Below, in pieces: positions 9,636 through 18,837 of a DNA stretch of 48,908 nt. The position numbers and the translations under genes were made by a program. The stretch is from a virus (lineage: Duplodnaviria > Heunggongvirae > Uroviricota > Caudoviricetes): IMG/VR virus record IMGVR_UViG_3300028454_000679. One strand, 5' to 3'. The notes beneath the pieces were generated by a model. The model did not search any database, had not been told where the DNA came from, and saw only the letters and a list, made by a program, of their open reading frames with translations. Within the stretch, counting starts at the first letter, position 1; the number at the start of each line of letters is the position of its first letter.

Positions 9636-9655
9636 GTTTAGCACGTAATTATAGG
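9636..9655 (-). promoter_or_regulatory. Candidate promoter motif, copy B (CCTATAATTACGTGCTAAAC)
   Basis: Contains TATAAT; about 40 nt upstream of the 97-aa gene; 16/20 identical to copy A; no -35 at 17 nt. Confidence 0.5.
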
Positions 9656-9691
9656 AGGCATCCACATAAAAAGCAGTATGATTTATTCAAG

Positions 9692-11386
9692 CTATTTAGC
9701 TGTAATCTGACGCTTTATAAAGGTGGCACTACGTGACTGGATTTTATCAGTAGCTAAATAGATACGTTGAAACAGGTCAAGGTCAAGTTCCAAGTTACCA
9801 GAGATAATGTCATCGTAAGCAACAAACTTCATAATGTAGTAACCATACTTTCTACCATTCTTCAAAATCTTGGTTGTAGACTCTTCTAATGGTTCATTAG
9901 TGAAGTCAATGATAACATGGTACGGTATCATTGTTGCATTGATTGACTTCATATGCCCATTGTATTCTGCAATATTCTGACTATCGCTGTTAATAGTCAT
10001 AGAGTTGTTAATCATACTTTGAAGCAGTTCTCCATACTCTTTCTTGATATCCGCTATATCCGTCTTCATATAAAACGTGAACTTTAGGTTATCCTCAGCA
10101 GGTGCAAACTTCTGCAAGTATGTTCCCAAGTATTTCGTATCGAAAACTGAAATTGCAAGACAATGAGGGTCTACTTGTGAACGTATCTGATAGATAATAA
10201 GTGAGATAAGTGACGTCATCTCAAAGTCATCCTTGTAAAGAAACAGGCAGTCCTGATCACCAACATCAAAAGCGGTCACACTATAGTCAGTCATATTCAA
10301 ATCTGCTAAAAGCTTAAAATCATACTTAATGGCAGTGCCAGGGTTTGTAGACATGTAAGTATCCTTAATAGTATTAAAGGCGTTTACTAAATCCTGCTTG
10401 ACTGTTGAGAGATTAGCATTCTCCTTTGTAATCTCCTCCTCAATAAGAGTGCACTCTTGCTTGTTCTTATTCAGTTCTTCCTGCAGGTGCATTATCTCGG
10501 CAGCATACTCTTCCTTAAAGTGACTGCTATCAAATACCTCTGAGTCAGATAGAGCAACAGACTGTAACTCAGATTGCTCCTTAGCAATCTGTTGAGTCAA
10601 CTTAGTACTCCTAGAATCAAACTCTTCCTTTAGACTCTGTTTCTTTTCTAAACGAAACTCATTATACTCCTCATCCAACTTTGCAACTGTGTCAGCTGAA
10701 TTCTCATAAAGATACTTAGCTGCTTCTAAGTACTTAATAAGTGTGCCAGAGTACAAAAATGTAAGCACACCCACAGTTGTTAATGAAATTGTTAAGACAT
10801 AAGGTGCAAGAACAATTACAAGAACAAAAACAACAGCGAGGACAAACGAGTATTTATCAAGCTGATCTAAAAACTCACTTAAGTTGCTCAAAACACGTTC
10901 AAGAAAATTAAACAATCTACTATTATCATACTTCTCAGAGATTTCATTAAACTGGTCAACTGTGTAACTCGCTGGAGTTATATCAATATTCTCTGTAATA
11001 GACTCACGTGACACACCATAGAAGCCCTCTGCTGTACTAAGAAGATTACTGTATACTTCTAGTAAATCCTCTACAATATGAGAGTTATCCATAGAGGCAC
11101 TGTCAAGCGCCTCTACTTCACTACGATACTGTTTTTCCAGACCATCCTTTTCCTGCTGTAAGTCAGAAATCTTTTTCAGATACTTCTGCCGCTTTTGTAA
11201 AAGGATTCCATCTTCAAACTCCTGCTTTGCCTGCACTTCCTTTTGAGTTTGAGAATTCATAGAATCAGTTAGACTCTGTTGCAGCTGCTCGCAAGTCTTC
11301 TTCTGTGCTTCGAGCTTATCCTCTAGATTCTTTATCTCTCGCTCTTTCCTAAGTGCAGCATCAGCAAACTTATTTATATCTAACAT
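9692..11386 (-). CDS. Coiled-coil membrane protein with a C-terminal degenerate FtsK/EssC-like ATPase fold
   Basis: Long heptad coils flank a hydrophobic hairpin (FVLAVVFVLVIVLAPYVLTISLTTVGVLTFLY). The C-terminus (ISVFDTKYLG...IPYHVIIDF...ILKNGRKYGYYI) follows the FtsK motif order without Walker A. Confidence 0.5.
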   Translation of the reverse strand: MLDINKFADAALRKEREIKNLEDKLEAQKKTCEQLQQSLTDSMNSQTQKEVQAKQEFEDGILLQKRQKYLKKISDLQQEKDGLEKQYRSEVEALDSASMDNSHIVEDLLEVYSNLLSTAEGFYGVSRESITENIDITPASYTVDQFNEISEKYDNSRLFNFLERVLSNLSEFLDQLDKYSFVLAVVFVLVIVLAPYVLTISLTTVGVLTFLYSGTLIKYLEAAKYLYENSADTVAKLDEEYNEFRLEKKQSLKEEFDSRSTKLTQQIAKEQSELQSVALSDSEVFDSSHFKEEYAAEIMHLQEELNKNKQECTLIEEEITKENANLSTVKQDLVNAFNTIKDTYMSTNPGTAIKYDFKLLADLNMTDYSVTAFDVGDQDCLFLYKDDFEMTSLISLIIYQIRSQVDPHCLAISVFDTKYLGTYLQKFAPAEDNLKFTFYMKTDIADIKKEYGELLQSMINNSMTINSDSQNIAEYNGHMKSINATMIPYHVIIDFTNEPLEESTTKILKNGRKYGYYIMKFVAYDDIISGNLELDLDLFQRIYLATDKIQSRSATFIKRQITAK

Positions 11387-11970
11387 GTACTCACCAAAAC
11401 AAATTCAACAAATGCATCATAAAGTGCTGTGTGGTATGTATTTTGTGCACCCTTTATTTTAAAGGCATTACATACATCAACAAACACCTCATTCAGAAGC
11501 TTCTTGTCCAGCCCAAAGATAGATGGAGCATTCTCTAACTTCAGCTTACGTTGCCCCACTTGGCTACCAACTAAGGACATAGCATTGCAATAGCCGGAAC
11601 CACCTTTTGGTTTTGTCTCACTACCAAAGTCCCAACGGTCATATCCATTGATAGTAAGTGTCTGATTTATAAGCCGTCTATCAAAACCACCAGATGACCA
11701 ATCAAACCAAATAACATCAGTACCCAGAGCTTCTGCCCACGGTATAAATTGCTGTTCAAAGAAAAGCCCCTTTGACCTAACATTCAAGGTATGCTTGTCA
11801 ATACCATGGACTGCTAAAGCACCCTTGGAAATTGGTTGAGTTGTGTAACAGAAGAAATCAACTACGTCAAGCAGACTATAGTTCTCATCTGTTACCACAG
11901 CCGCAAACTCTATAACCTCATCCTTTGCAGACAAGCCTGTAGTTTCTACATCATAAAATACATACTTCAT
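11380..11970 (-). CDS. DEDDh 3'-5' exonuclease (DnaQ/epsilon-like)
   Basis: Exo I YDVETTGLS, Exo II GGFDRRLI, Exo III YHTALYDA. Confidence 0.9.
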   Translation of the reverse strand: MKYVFYDVETTGLSAKDEVIEFAAVVTDENYSLLDVVDFFCYTTQPISKGALAVHGIDKHTLNVRSKGLFFEQQFIPWAEALGTDVIWFDWSSGGFDRRLINQTLTINGYDRWDFGSETKPKGGSGYCNAMSLVGSQVGQRKLKLENAPSIFGLDKKLLNEVFVDVCNAFKIKGAQNTYHTALYDAFVEFVLVSTC

Positions 11971-13112
11971 TACACTTCCACCTTATATTGAACATCTATT
12001 TGTGCTAACACACCATAAATTGCATCTGCAGAACGAAAGTCTGTCTGCCCATCCGGAGGTACATCCCAAGCCATCTGAGAATTGCGTACATATTCACTTA
12101 TTTTGTAACAGTATGTATGCAATGTCGTCATAGGTCTATACTCATCCAACATAGTAATTAAGTCGCTATCCTTGTATTCCTCTCTTGCCTTCTCATATGC
12201 CTCTGGAGTCATTTCTGTTGAGAAGAAGTCATTATGTCTAGTTGCTCTGTAAACGCTGTCAGACTCATTAGGGAACTTACGGTAAAGAATACTACCCTTA
12301 GCAGTATCTGTTAAAACAGCACCTAGAAAGACTCTTGCCCACTGCTCGGGCTTCATACGGATAAGTTTACGTAGTCCAAGCGCTTTACAAATCTCTTTCT
12401 GTGTCAACATATACCCTTCATACCTCTCAGTACAGTAAACTCTTCGTCCTTTCTCAATAGCTGTCTGGTAGAGTACCGTTTGCTCTAAGAATGGATAAAG
12501 TTGGAGTAATGTTGGGTAAAGGCGCGTAGATACAAACACAGGTACAAAAATATCCTGTGAATTATGATAGAAACTCTGAGACTTCTTTAAGTCAAGGAGT
12601 GCTCTTGTTCTACCAAAGAAGAAAAAGTTCGCGTACTTCCACAGGAATACTGGTTTAGCTGCCTGTAGTATAATATCGACCTCTCTACAGAAATCATCTG
12701 TTACATCAACACCTGGACGTAGACGTAAATAATTGGAAAAGCCATCAGCGTTTTGCCCTACATCATTCTTAAATGACTGGTTCACATAGTAATAATACTC
12801 TGATTGAACAATGGCTAAGTTCATCGTAGAGTTAGCCTCTACAGACATTTCATCATAGTCATAATTAAAAGGTATACTAGTCATAGCACAAATGGCTCTG
12901 AGAGAACCAGTGGCTTTTTCTACAAGGGACATAAAAGCATCATCACTTAACAATTCAGGTTCCTGATTACTTCGTTGGATGAAAACATCACCCTCACAGT
13001 TTATTCTTACCTGAACCTGCTTGTATAAAAGACGTTCACCATCAACCATAACAGGCAATCCATCTTTACCAAAATCCTTTAATCTACTTGCAATCTTTTC
13101 CTTTAAAAACAT
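11970..13112 (-). CDS. Hypothetical protein (380 aa)
   Basis: SD GGAGGT; TAATG-coupled to the exonuclease. Confidence 0.8.
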   Translation of the reverse strand: MFLKEKIASRLKDFGKDGLPVMVDGERLLYKQVQVRINCEGDVFIQRSNQEPELLSDDAFMSLVEKATGSLRAICAMTSIPFNYDYDEMSVEANSTMNLAIVQSEYYYYVNQSFKNDVGQNADGFSNYLRLRPGVDVTDDFCREVDIILQAAKPVFLWKYANFFFFGRTRALLDLKKSQSFYHNSQDIFVPVFVSTRLYPTLLQLYPFLEQTVLYQTAIEKGRRVYCTERYEGYMLTQKEICKALGLRKLIRMKPEQWARVFLGAVLTDTAKGSILYRKFPNESDSVYRATRHNDFFSTEMTPEAYEKAREEYKDSDLITMLDEYRPMTTLHTYCYKISEYVRNSQMAWDVPPDGQTDFRSADAIYGVLAQIDVQYKVEV

Positions 13113-13120
13113 GGTACCTC

Positions 13121-13783
13121 CTACACTGAAAAAGTATTAGATGTTTTAACACTGTGTGCAGCCACCTCGGTATTAGCAGCACCCTCATGAGCTGTAGCGA
13201 TACTCAAGGGTGTAGTGTTGCCATCCATACTCTTTAAAACTTGACTTACAAAAAGTAATGCTGTAACACCATTCAAATCCACAAATGGTTTTGCAGATTC
13301 GTCCTTACTCAGGGACTCTCTCAAACATGGCTCTAGATAACTCAGAAGATCCTCAGAGACTTTAAAATCTGGAAGGAACTTCTTGCTATCCCCTGAGATA
13401 ACATCGAAACAATCGAATCCCTTATTCTTACAGTAAACGGCTGTTATGACATAAAGTGTTTGGGTTCCAAAGTACTCTGAAAGACAAAGTGGGTTCTGCT
13501 TCAACTCAAAGAGTGTAAAGTCACGCTCAACACTAAGACTACTATGCTCTTCATCGCAATCATAGCTATAGTATGGTACATGAATCTTACCTATCTTAAT
13601 GGTGTCACCCTCTAAAGTGAAATTCATAGTTGATGCACCCTCAAGACTACCAAACTCGCTCTGAATAGACTTGATTGAACAATCACGAACAAATGCCAAC
13701 TTAAAACGAACGCTATCCTCTAAAGAGATAGACTTGAAAAAGTAACCATTATGCCAAATACTATCAAGACTGAGTATCTTCAT
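13121..13783 (-). CDS. Hypothetical protein (220 aa)
   Basis: SD AGGAGG; overlaps the upstream ORF. Confidence 0.78.
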   Translation of the reverse strand: MKILSLDSIWHNGYFFKSISLEDSVRFKLAFVRDCSIKSIQSEFGSLEGASTMNFTLEGDTIKIGKIHVPYYSYDCDEEHSSLSVERDFTLFELKQNPLCLSEYFGTQTLYVITAVYCKNKGFDCFDVISGDSKKFLPDFKVSEDLLSYLEPCLRESLSKDESAKPFVDLNGVTALLFVSQVLKSMDGNTTPLSIATAHEGAANTEVAAHSVKTSNTFSV

Positions 13784-14696
13784 AATCCCTCCTAAATTTC
13801 AAAAGTCGGAAAAGGTATAGATTGAAAGAAGCAATAGTAAAACGGTCTAACAATTCAAATAAACATGTCCTTAAATCCTGCTCCTCCGCACTTGTGATAA
13901 CTGCGTAGAAAATAGTCAACATTTGATTGTAAGTAAGGCAGGTATCTGGTGGCGACAATGGATTCTCAACGCACTGCAAAATATACCCTAATGGGTCTTG
14001 GAAGTTTACAATACTAGCAAGAATACTATCAATCTCCTTGACAGTGATAAATGAGCCTATGTACGGATATCTGAAAATAACTTCGGCATTCTTTGCATTC
14101 TTATGTGCCTTATTACTTCCCACCCATTTTATCTTCTTATCACTCTCCGGTTTTGGTAAAACATATTTCAATGTCGTAATAGCCTGCTTCAGTACCACCC
14201 AATCCTGATACACCTTGGATTCCGGCAACATAAGAAGTTCATTAAAGGACAGAGGACCGCCTTGTACATGTACAATTGTTCCTCCCTCCACCTCTGTTGT
14301 GTTGTAGTCGCTTAAGTCCAGATTAGCCCCTGCAGGTATAAATGCATCAAAAGAACAAATACGTAATGCCGGTCTAATAGAGTCCTGGAAGACAGAGCTC
14401 TGAAGTGCGTTATCCTGCTCCAACGATTGGTATGCAATAACAGACTCAGTATGTAACTCCTCACCATCAAGCACTCTAAAGAATACTGTCATAGTGGACT
14501 CACTGAACTGAATTGATTTAAACTCTATATAAATGCCGTCTTTTGATACATATTGTGTATCCGGTGTATTCAACAGCATTGCTATAAGTCTAAGATTCTT
14601 ATCTTCCACAAGAACTGCTTCATCTTTAACAAATTGATAAGGCTGCCCTAACTCGTGCCCCTTTACACTTATTACCTCGCTCATTCCATCATTCAT
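13764..14696 (-). CDS. Hypothetical protein (about 310 aa)
   Basis: Start refined to MNDGMSE (SD GAGGAG) overlapping the upstream stop. Confidence 0.75.
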   Translation of the reverse strand: MNDGMSEVISVKGHELGQPYQFVKDEAVLVEDKNLRLIAMLLNTPDTQYVSKDGIYIEFKSIQFSESTMTVFFRVLDGEELHTESVIAYQSLEQDNALQSSVFQDSIRPALRICSFDAFIPAGANLDLSDYNTTEVEGGTIVHVQGGPLSFNELLMLPESKVYQDWVVLKQAITTLKYVLPKPESDKKIKWVGSNKAHKNAKNAEVIFRYPYIGSFITVKEIDSILASIVNFQDPLGYILQCVENPLSPPDTCLTYNQMLTIFYAVITSAEEQDLRTCLFELLDRFTIASFNLYLFRLLKFRRDYEDTQS

Positions 14697-15207
14697 CCGA
14701 GTGCTCCTCACTTTCTTCATAAGCTAAACCCTGTTTAAATTCATCTAAATTCGTAAGGTAATCAATATCCAAGATATCTGGATTATTCAAGTCAGCTGCC
14801 CAAGAGATAAAATCATCCAAACGCTGCCTGTTCTTTTTGGTACACAGTGGTAAATCATTTGGTAACTCATAACCACAATATGCTCTAAGAACACCTTCGG
14901 AGTCTATGCGCCCCTGATTTACAAGTTTAAAATCCACTTTTATAGCTGGTAACTTTCTGTTGAGATAAGACATCATTGCAATGTACTCTGCAACACCGAA
15001 GATCGAATTATCATCTGTTACAATCTTTTTATTTACGCACAGTACAGTATGTGCTTGTGCTATCTGTGTGTGACCTGAAACATACATTGATTTCTCAGGA
15101 GTGAAAGTAACTAGACCCACTGTATAACCCTCTTCTGTAAATAAATTGACTAACTCCTGAAGTGATTTTCCTTTATTCTGTTCTAAATACAATTCTGAAA
15201 TTCTCAT
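14689..15207 (-). CDS. Hypothetical protein (172 aa)
   Basis: Start refined to MRISELY; SD GGAGGT directly follows the terminator U-tract. Confidence 0.78.
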   Translation of the reverse strand: MRISELYLEQNKGKSLQELVNLFTEEGYTVGLVTFTPEKSMYVSGHTQIAQAHTVLCVNKKIVTDDNSIFGVAEYIAMMSYLNRKLPAIKVDFKLVNQGRIDSEGVLRAYCGYELPNDLPLCTKKNRQRLDDFISWAADLNNPDILDIDYLTNLDEFKQGLAYEESEEHSDE

Positions 15208-15220
15208 AGTTAATACCTCC

Positions 15221-15248
15221 AAAAAGAGTGGCACTCAAGGTGCCACTC
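15221..15248 (-). terminator. Intrinsic terminator after the lipoprotein gene
   Basis: Minus strand GAGTGGCAC-CTTGA-GTGCCACTC-TTTTT: perfect 9-bp stem plus T5. Confidence 0.85.
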
Positions 15249-15253
15249 GTTAA

Positions 15254-17041
15254 TTATTTTTTATTGGTTATAGTGCCTTCAAATTGTGCTTCGTATGTCT
15301 TGTCACCACTCTTAAATTGTGCTGTAATAGAGAAGCTAAGTTCCTTATCCTTTTTCAGTTTTATAAGTCTGTGCAAATTTGACTTACCTTTGCACTTCTC
15401 ACACTTCTTACATAGCTTGTTTGCATTATCTGGATCGAAATAATCCTCAACAGAAGTAAATACTCCAGTACTATCGCCTATAATGTAATTACCACCTTTG
15501 TGTAGCTTCACGTCAATGATCTGTACCTTAAACTCACCCTGTGAAGATCCGTTACCATCTTTTCCCTTTACAGAGTATTTCTTGTCTTTCCATGTCCCAG
15601 GTTTTGCTGGGAAAATAAATTGTTCATCTCCATCAAGCTCTATCTTAATCCCATTATATGTGCCGACGTTTCCTCTTGGGTCTTTATACTGCCTTTCCTC
15701 TACAAACTGGTTGCCATTAAAAATCTCAACTAGTGGGTCTCTTACGCCTGGATGACCTTTAGAGCATGTACTCCGATTCGTTCCATTTATAGGGCTATTG
15801 TTCTCCGACCCTGTATCAGTTCCTACAGTTTCTGAACCATCAGACCATACCATAGTTGGGGTCTCGCTTTGGTAAACACTCTGAATAACAGCATTCAGTA
15901 AAGTGGGTACATCCGAGAACATAGGTACCTTTCCATCAGCACCATTCTTTGTAAAAAGGCTGCCCTTGAGAAAGGCTGCATTACCACTATTACCCGAAGC
16001 ATAGAAATACTGATGGTAGTCCTGATGATTTCCAACCTTCTTATCTGTAATAGTACGCTTTGAATTATCCTCGTAGCTAGGACCAGTGTCGTCTCTGACC
16101 ACCTTCATAAGCTCAACTTGTAGCACATCTAACTGTAGAGACTTAGCTGCCTTATTAAGAGCCTTATCGTAATCACTTGTACCACTCTTATTCTTGTTAA
16201 CACACTTCACGTCATCCTTGAGTGGAAAAACTGATGTAGAATCTCCCTTAATATCATCCACATGTTTCTTAAACTCCTTCGCATTCTTACCATAGGCTCG
16301 AATACGAATGGTCTCTTTTACATCGTCCTCCTCTGCGGAAGATTTATCCTTGTATAATCCAATAGTAAAGAAAACAACGCATGCATACTTGCCTTCCTTA
16401 GCATCTAGTAAAGCGTAGGGGAGTGTGTGACCATCACTCTCATCCCAACGAGTATACTGAGCACCTTTACCTGCCAGTTTACTTGTAACCCTTTCGTAAA
16501 TATCTTTGAGATTCTTAGGGTCTTTCTTCTTCAGCTTACCAGTTGAAAGCGAGTAAAGTTTCTTATTCCAAGCACCTATAGCTGCGGAGTTCTCTGTGTA
16601 CTTGGCATCCTTAGACCAACGGTTATCCTCTTCCTCAAAAGTACTCTTAATAGCTGCTTGGTCATCCTCTTTTGAAATTGCTTCATAAATCTTATCAGCA
16701 TTCTCCTTGTTAAGAGAATTCTTTCCATTCTGCTCTCCAATACCATCACACACTAAAACTTTGTATGAATCCGATTGGGTAACAACTGCATTCTGCTGGT
16801 CGTAATACCCAACGGAAGCTACGCCAGAGAAATCGTAATCTTCGACAACATCCTTGTCATATCTATCTGTGGCTACGGTTACATAGTCGTGGGTAATAGC
16901 TCCCGTACTATTTGCAAAAGAGGAAGTTAAATCCGAAATCATATCATAAATTCCGTCTTTAGCTTCCTCTCCTTCTGGTCCACATCCTGTTAACGCTATA
17001 GCCAATGCTAGTACTGTTGATAATACTTTTACATTTTTAAT
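15254..17041 (-). CDS. Lipoprotein (595 aa), probable ATT start codon
   Basis: AGGAGGT-8 nt-ATT gives (M)KNVKVLSTVLALAIALTG/C, a complete signal peptide II with lipobox LTGC. An in-frame TAG lies 3 codons upstream, and there is no ATG/GTG before the lipobox. Confidence 0.75.
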   Translation of the reverse strand: MKNVKVLSTVLALAIALTGCGPEGEEAKDGIYDMISDLTSSFANSTGAITHDYVTVATDRYDKDVVEDYDFSGVASVGYYDQQNAVVTQSDSYKVLVCDGIGEQNGKNSLNKENADKIYEAISKEDDQAAIKSTFEEEDNRWSKDAKYTENSAAIGAWNKKLYSLSTGKLKKKDPKNLKDIYERVTSKLAGKGAQYTRWDESDGHTLPYALLDAKEGKYACVVFFTIGLYKDKSSAEEDDVKETIRIRAYGKNAKEFKKHVDDIKGDSTSVFPLKDDVKCVNKNKSGTSDYDKALNKAAKSLQLDVLQVELMKVVRDDTGPSYEDNSKRTITDKKVGNHQDYHQYFYASGNSGNAAFLKGSLFTKNGADGKVPMFSDVPTLLNAVIQSVYQSETPTMVWSDGSETVGTDTGSENNSPINGTNRSTCSKGHPGVRDPLVEIFNGNQFVEERQYKDPRGNVGTYNGIKIELDGDEQFIFPAKPGTWKDKKYSVKGKDGNGSSQGEFKVQIIDVKLHKGGNYIIGDSTGVFTSVEDYFDPDNANKLCKKCEKCKGKSNLHRLIKLKKDKELSFSITAQFKSGDKTYEAQFEGTITNKK

Positions 17042-17946
17042 AGCGAACTACCTCCTAAGTTAACTTTTACACCGAACGGCGTATTCTTCATTCTGTATGA
17101 TGTGTTAAGAGTAAACATGGCAACCTTTATAGCATGCGCAACAATAAACGAAGGTAAAGTGCCAGGTTCCTGATTGCTTGCTAATGCACGTACAGTGTCG
17201 ATAACAATAAACCTGCTATCACTATCCTGCAGTTCCATGTCTATTCTAGTTAATATTTTATAATCTTCGAAATCATCTACTTCAGAAAGTTCCTGTCTGT
17301 GCTCCAGCAGGTCGAAGTAGTAATTAGCTGTTTGTAAAAACACAAAAAACAATTCGTCAGCGTTAATACCTGGCAAATCAGTAGCGCCGAGAATTCCTGA
17401 CAAAGCCATATCCATCATCTTCACGTATCCACCAACTCTTCCATTAGCAATACGCTCTAAAGAGACTCCCTTAAACTTTGAGGGGAGGGGCTTGTGAAGA
17501 AGATTATCATAGATTTTGTCTAAGGTTGTTGTATCAACATCAACTGTACCAATAAATCTTGGTAAGAGTTCACCCTGGTTTTGCAATTCCACAAGTTTCA
17601 CAGTTTCTAAGACCAGATTAACATTCCCTTTAAAAATCTGAGATTGAAACTTAATCTCAACAAAATGATGACGCATTGCAGATGACTTCACACCTGACAA
17701 CATAAAGTCAGCTACATTAAAAAGTCTAGCAGTAACAGCATCACCATTAACATCCTTTAAGTAGAATGTAATAAACCCATGGTCGTTCTTCTGCCAACCC
17801 GTGGTGGCGTTTGCAACATAGGCAATCTTTCTGTACTCCCTACCTTCTTCTAACTCGCTCACATTGAGATAGTCACTAGAAGCTGTGCTATCGCCCTGAA
17901 AAACCTCAGAAGTAAAACTATCTTTTCTAATCATAACATACCTCAC
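17029..17946 (-). CDS. YhaM/Cbf1-like protein: OB fold plus degenerate HD domain
   Basis: LNVSELEEGREYRKIAYV...KNDHGFITFYLKDVNGDAVTARLFN matches the YhaM OB fold. The HD region (GGYVKMMDM, DELFFVFLQTA) lacks the metal His/Asp residues. Start may be ATG at 17934. Confidence 0.55.
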   Translation of the reverse strand: MRYVMIRKDSFTSEVFQGDSTASSDYLNVSELEEGREYRKIAYVANATTGWQKNDHGFITFYLKDVNGDAVTARLFNVADFMLSGVKSSAMRHHFVEIKFQSQIFKGNVNLVLETVKLVELQNQGELLPRFIGTVDVDTTTLDKIYDNLLHKPLPSKFKGVSLERIANGRVGGYVKMMDMALSGILGATDLPGINADELFFVFLQTANYYFDLLEHRQELSEVDDFEDYKILTRIDMELQDSDSRFIVIDTVRALASNQEPGTLPSFIVAHAIKVAMFTLNTSYRMKNTPFGVKVNLGGSSLLKM

Positions 17947-18365
17947 TCACGAAATGCTTCATACTGATACTTGGACTGGTCATAAAAAGCATAGCCAGTC
18001 AAGATTGCGTCGATACCGAAAGTAACAACAAGTGCTGGGATTCGATACTTGTGTGATTCCCCCATAACAACAAACAGCATGAAAATCTCAATAACCCTTG
18101 GCATCCACATCAACATAACAGGAACCTTAGTTCTGTAAAGAATATGGTCAGGGTCTACTGCTATCTCTTGCTTGTATACACCGATTGTTCCTAGTAGACA
18201 CACAAAAAACGCGACAATAGAGATGGCATCAAAGATACTCTGAACCATTGTACTGAAAAACACCATAACAGCCAAGGTTATAACGACCTTCAGTACATAG
18301 AGACCAATCGCCACCTTGTTAGTCGCTTTCACATACTTATCATACTTGCGCTCATTGCCCTGCAT
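17943..18365 (-). CDS. Multi-pass membrane protein (140 aa)
   Basis: Four hydrophobic segments. Confidence 0.75.
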   Translation of the reverse strand: MQGNERKYDKYVKATNKVAIGLYVLKVVITLAVMVFFSTMVQSIFDAISIVAFFVCLLGTIGVYKQEIAVDPDHILYRTKVPVMLMWMPRVIEIFMLFVVMGESHKYRIPALVVTFGIDAILTGYAFYDQSKYQYEAFRE

Positions 18366-18837
18366 AAACTTGTTCTCCTACTTGCCTTTTTAGCTTATTT
18401 AAAAGTTTAGAGATATCTTCGGCTTTTGCTCCACCACCATAAGCCGCACTTGCACCTCTAGAACACTCCTGTTCATCTAAATCTGAGTATATATCTACAT
18501 CAGAAAACATACTAACATCTGGGCACTCTGTTAAACCATCCAATTCTGGAATATCGAAATCCTCTACACTATCAGGAATTGACTCCTGCGTTTGGTAAAG
18601 GGCTTGTTCAGCTATATCCTGTTCAGAGGTTGGTGTAGCTAAGCAATCCACAGACGTGTCTGCTGCAACAGCTGAAGCAGTAGGAGTCAGAACAGGCTCT
18701 GACACAGATTGAGGACTGCCCTCCTCTCCTGGACAGTCCTCAATATACATAAGGTCAGATACATCTGGAAACCAGATTGTTGTGTCAATAAAAATAAGTA
18801 ATACTATTGCTAGTAGAAGCACTAACACATACAGCAT
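18352..18837 (-). CDS. Membrane-anchored acidic protein (161 aa)
   Basis: N-terminal hydrophobic helix MLYVLVLLLAIVLLIFI, then an acidic disordered region; TAATG overlap with the upstream microgene. Confidence 0.72.
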   Translation of the reverse strand: MLYVLVLLLAIVLLIFIDTTIWFPDVSDLMYIEDCPGEEGSPQSVSEPVLTPTASAVAADTSVDCLATPTSEQDIAEQALYQTQESIPDSVEDFDIPELDGLTECPDVSMFSDVDIYSDLDEQECSRGASAAYGGGAKAEDISKLLNKLKRQVGEQVYAGQ

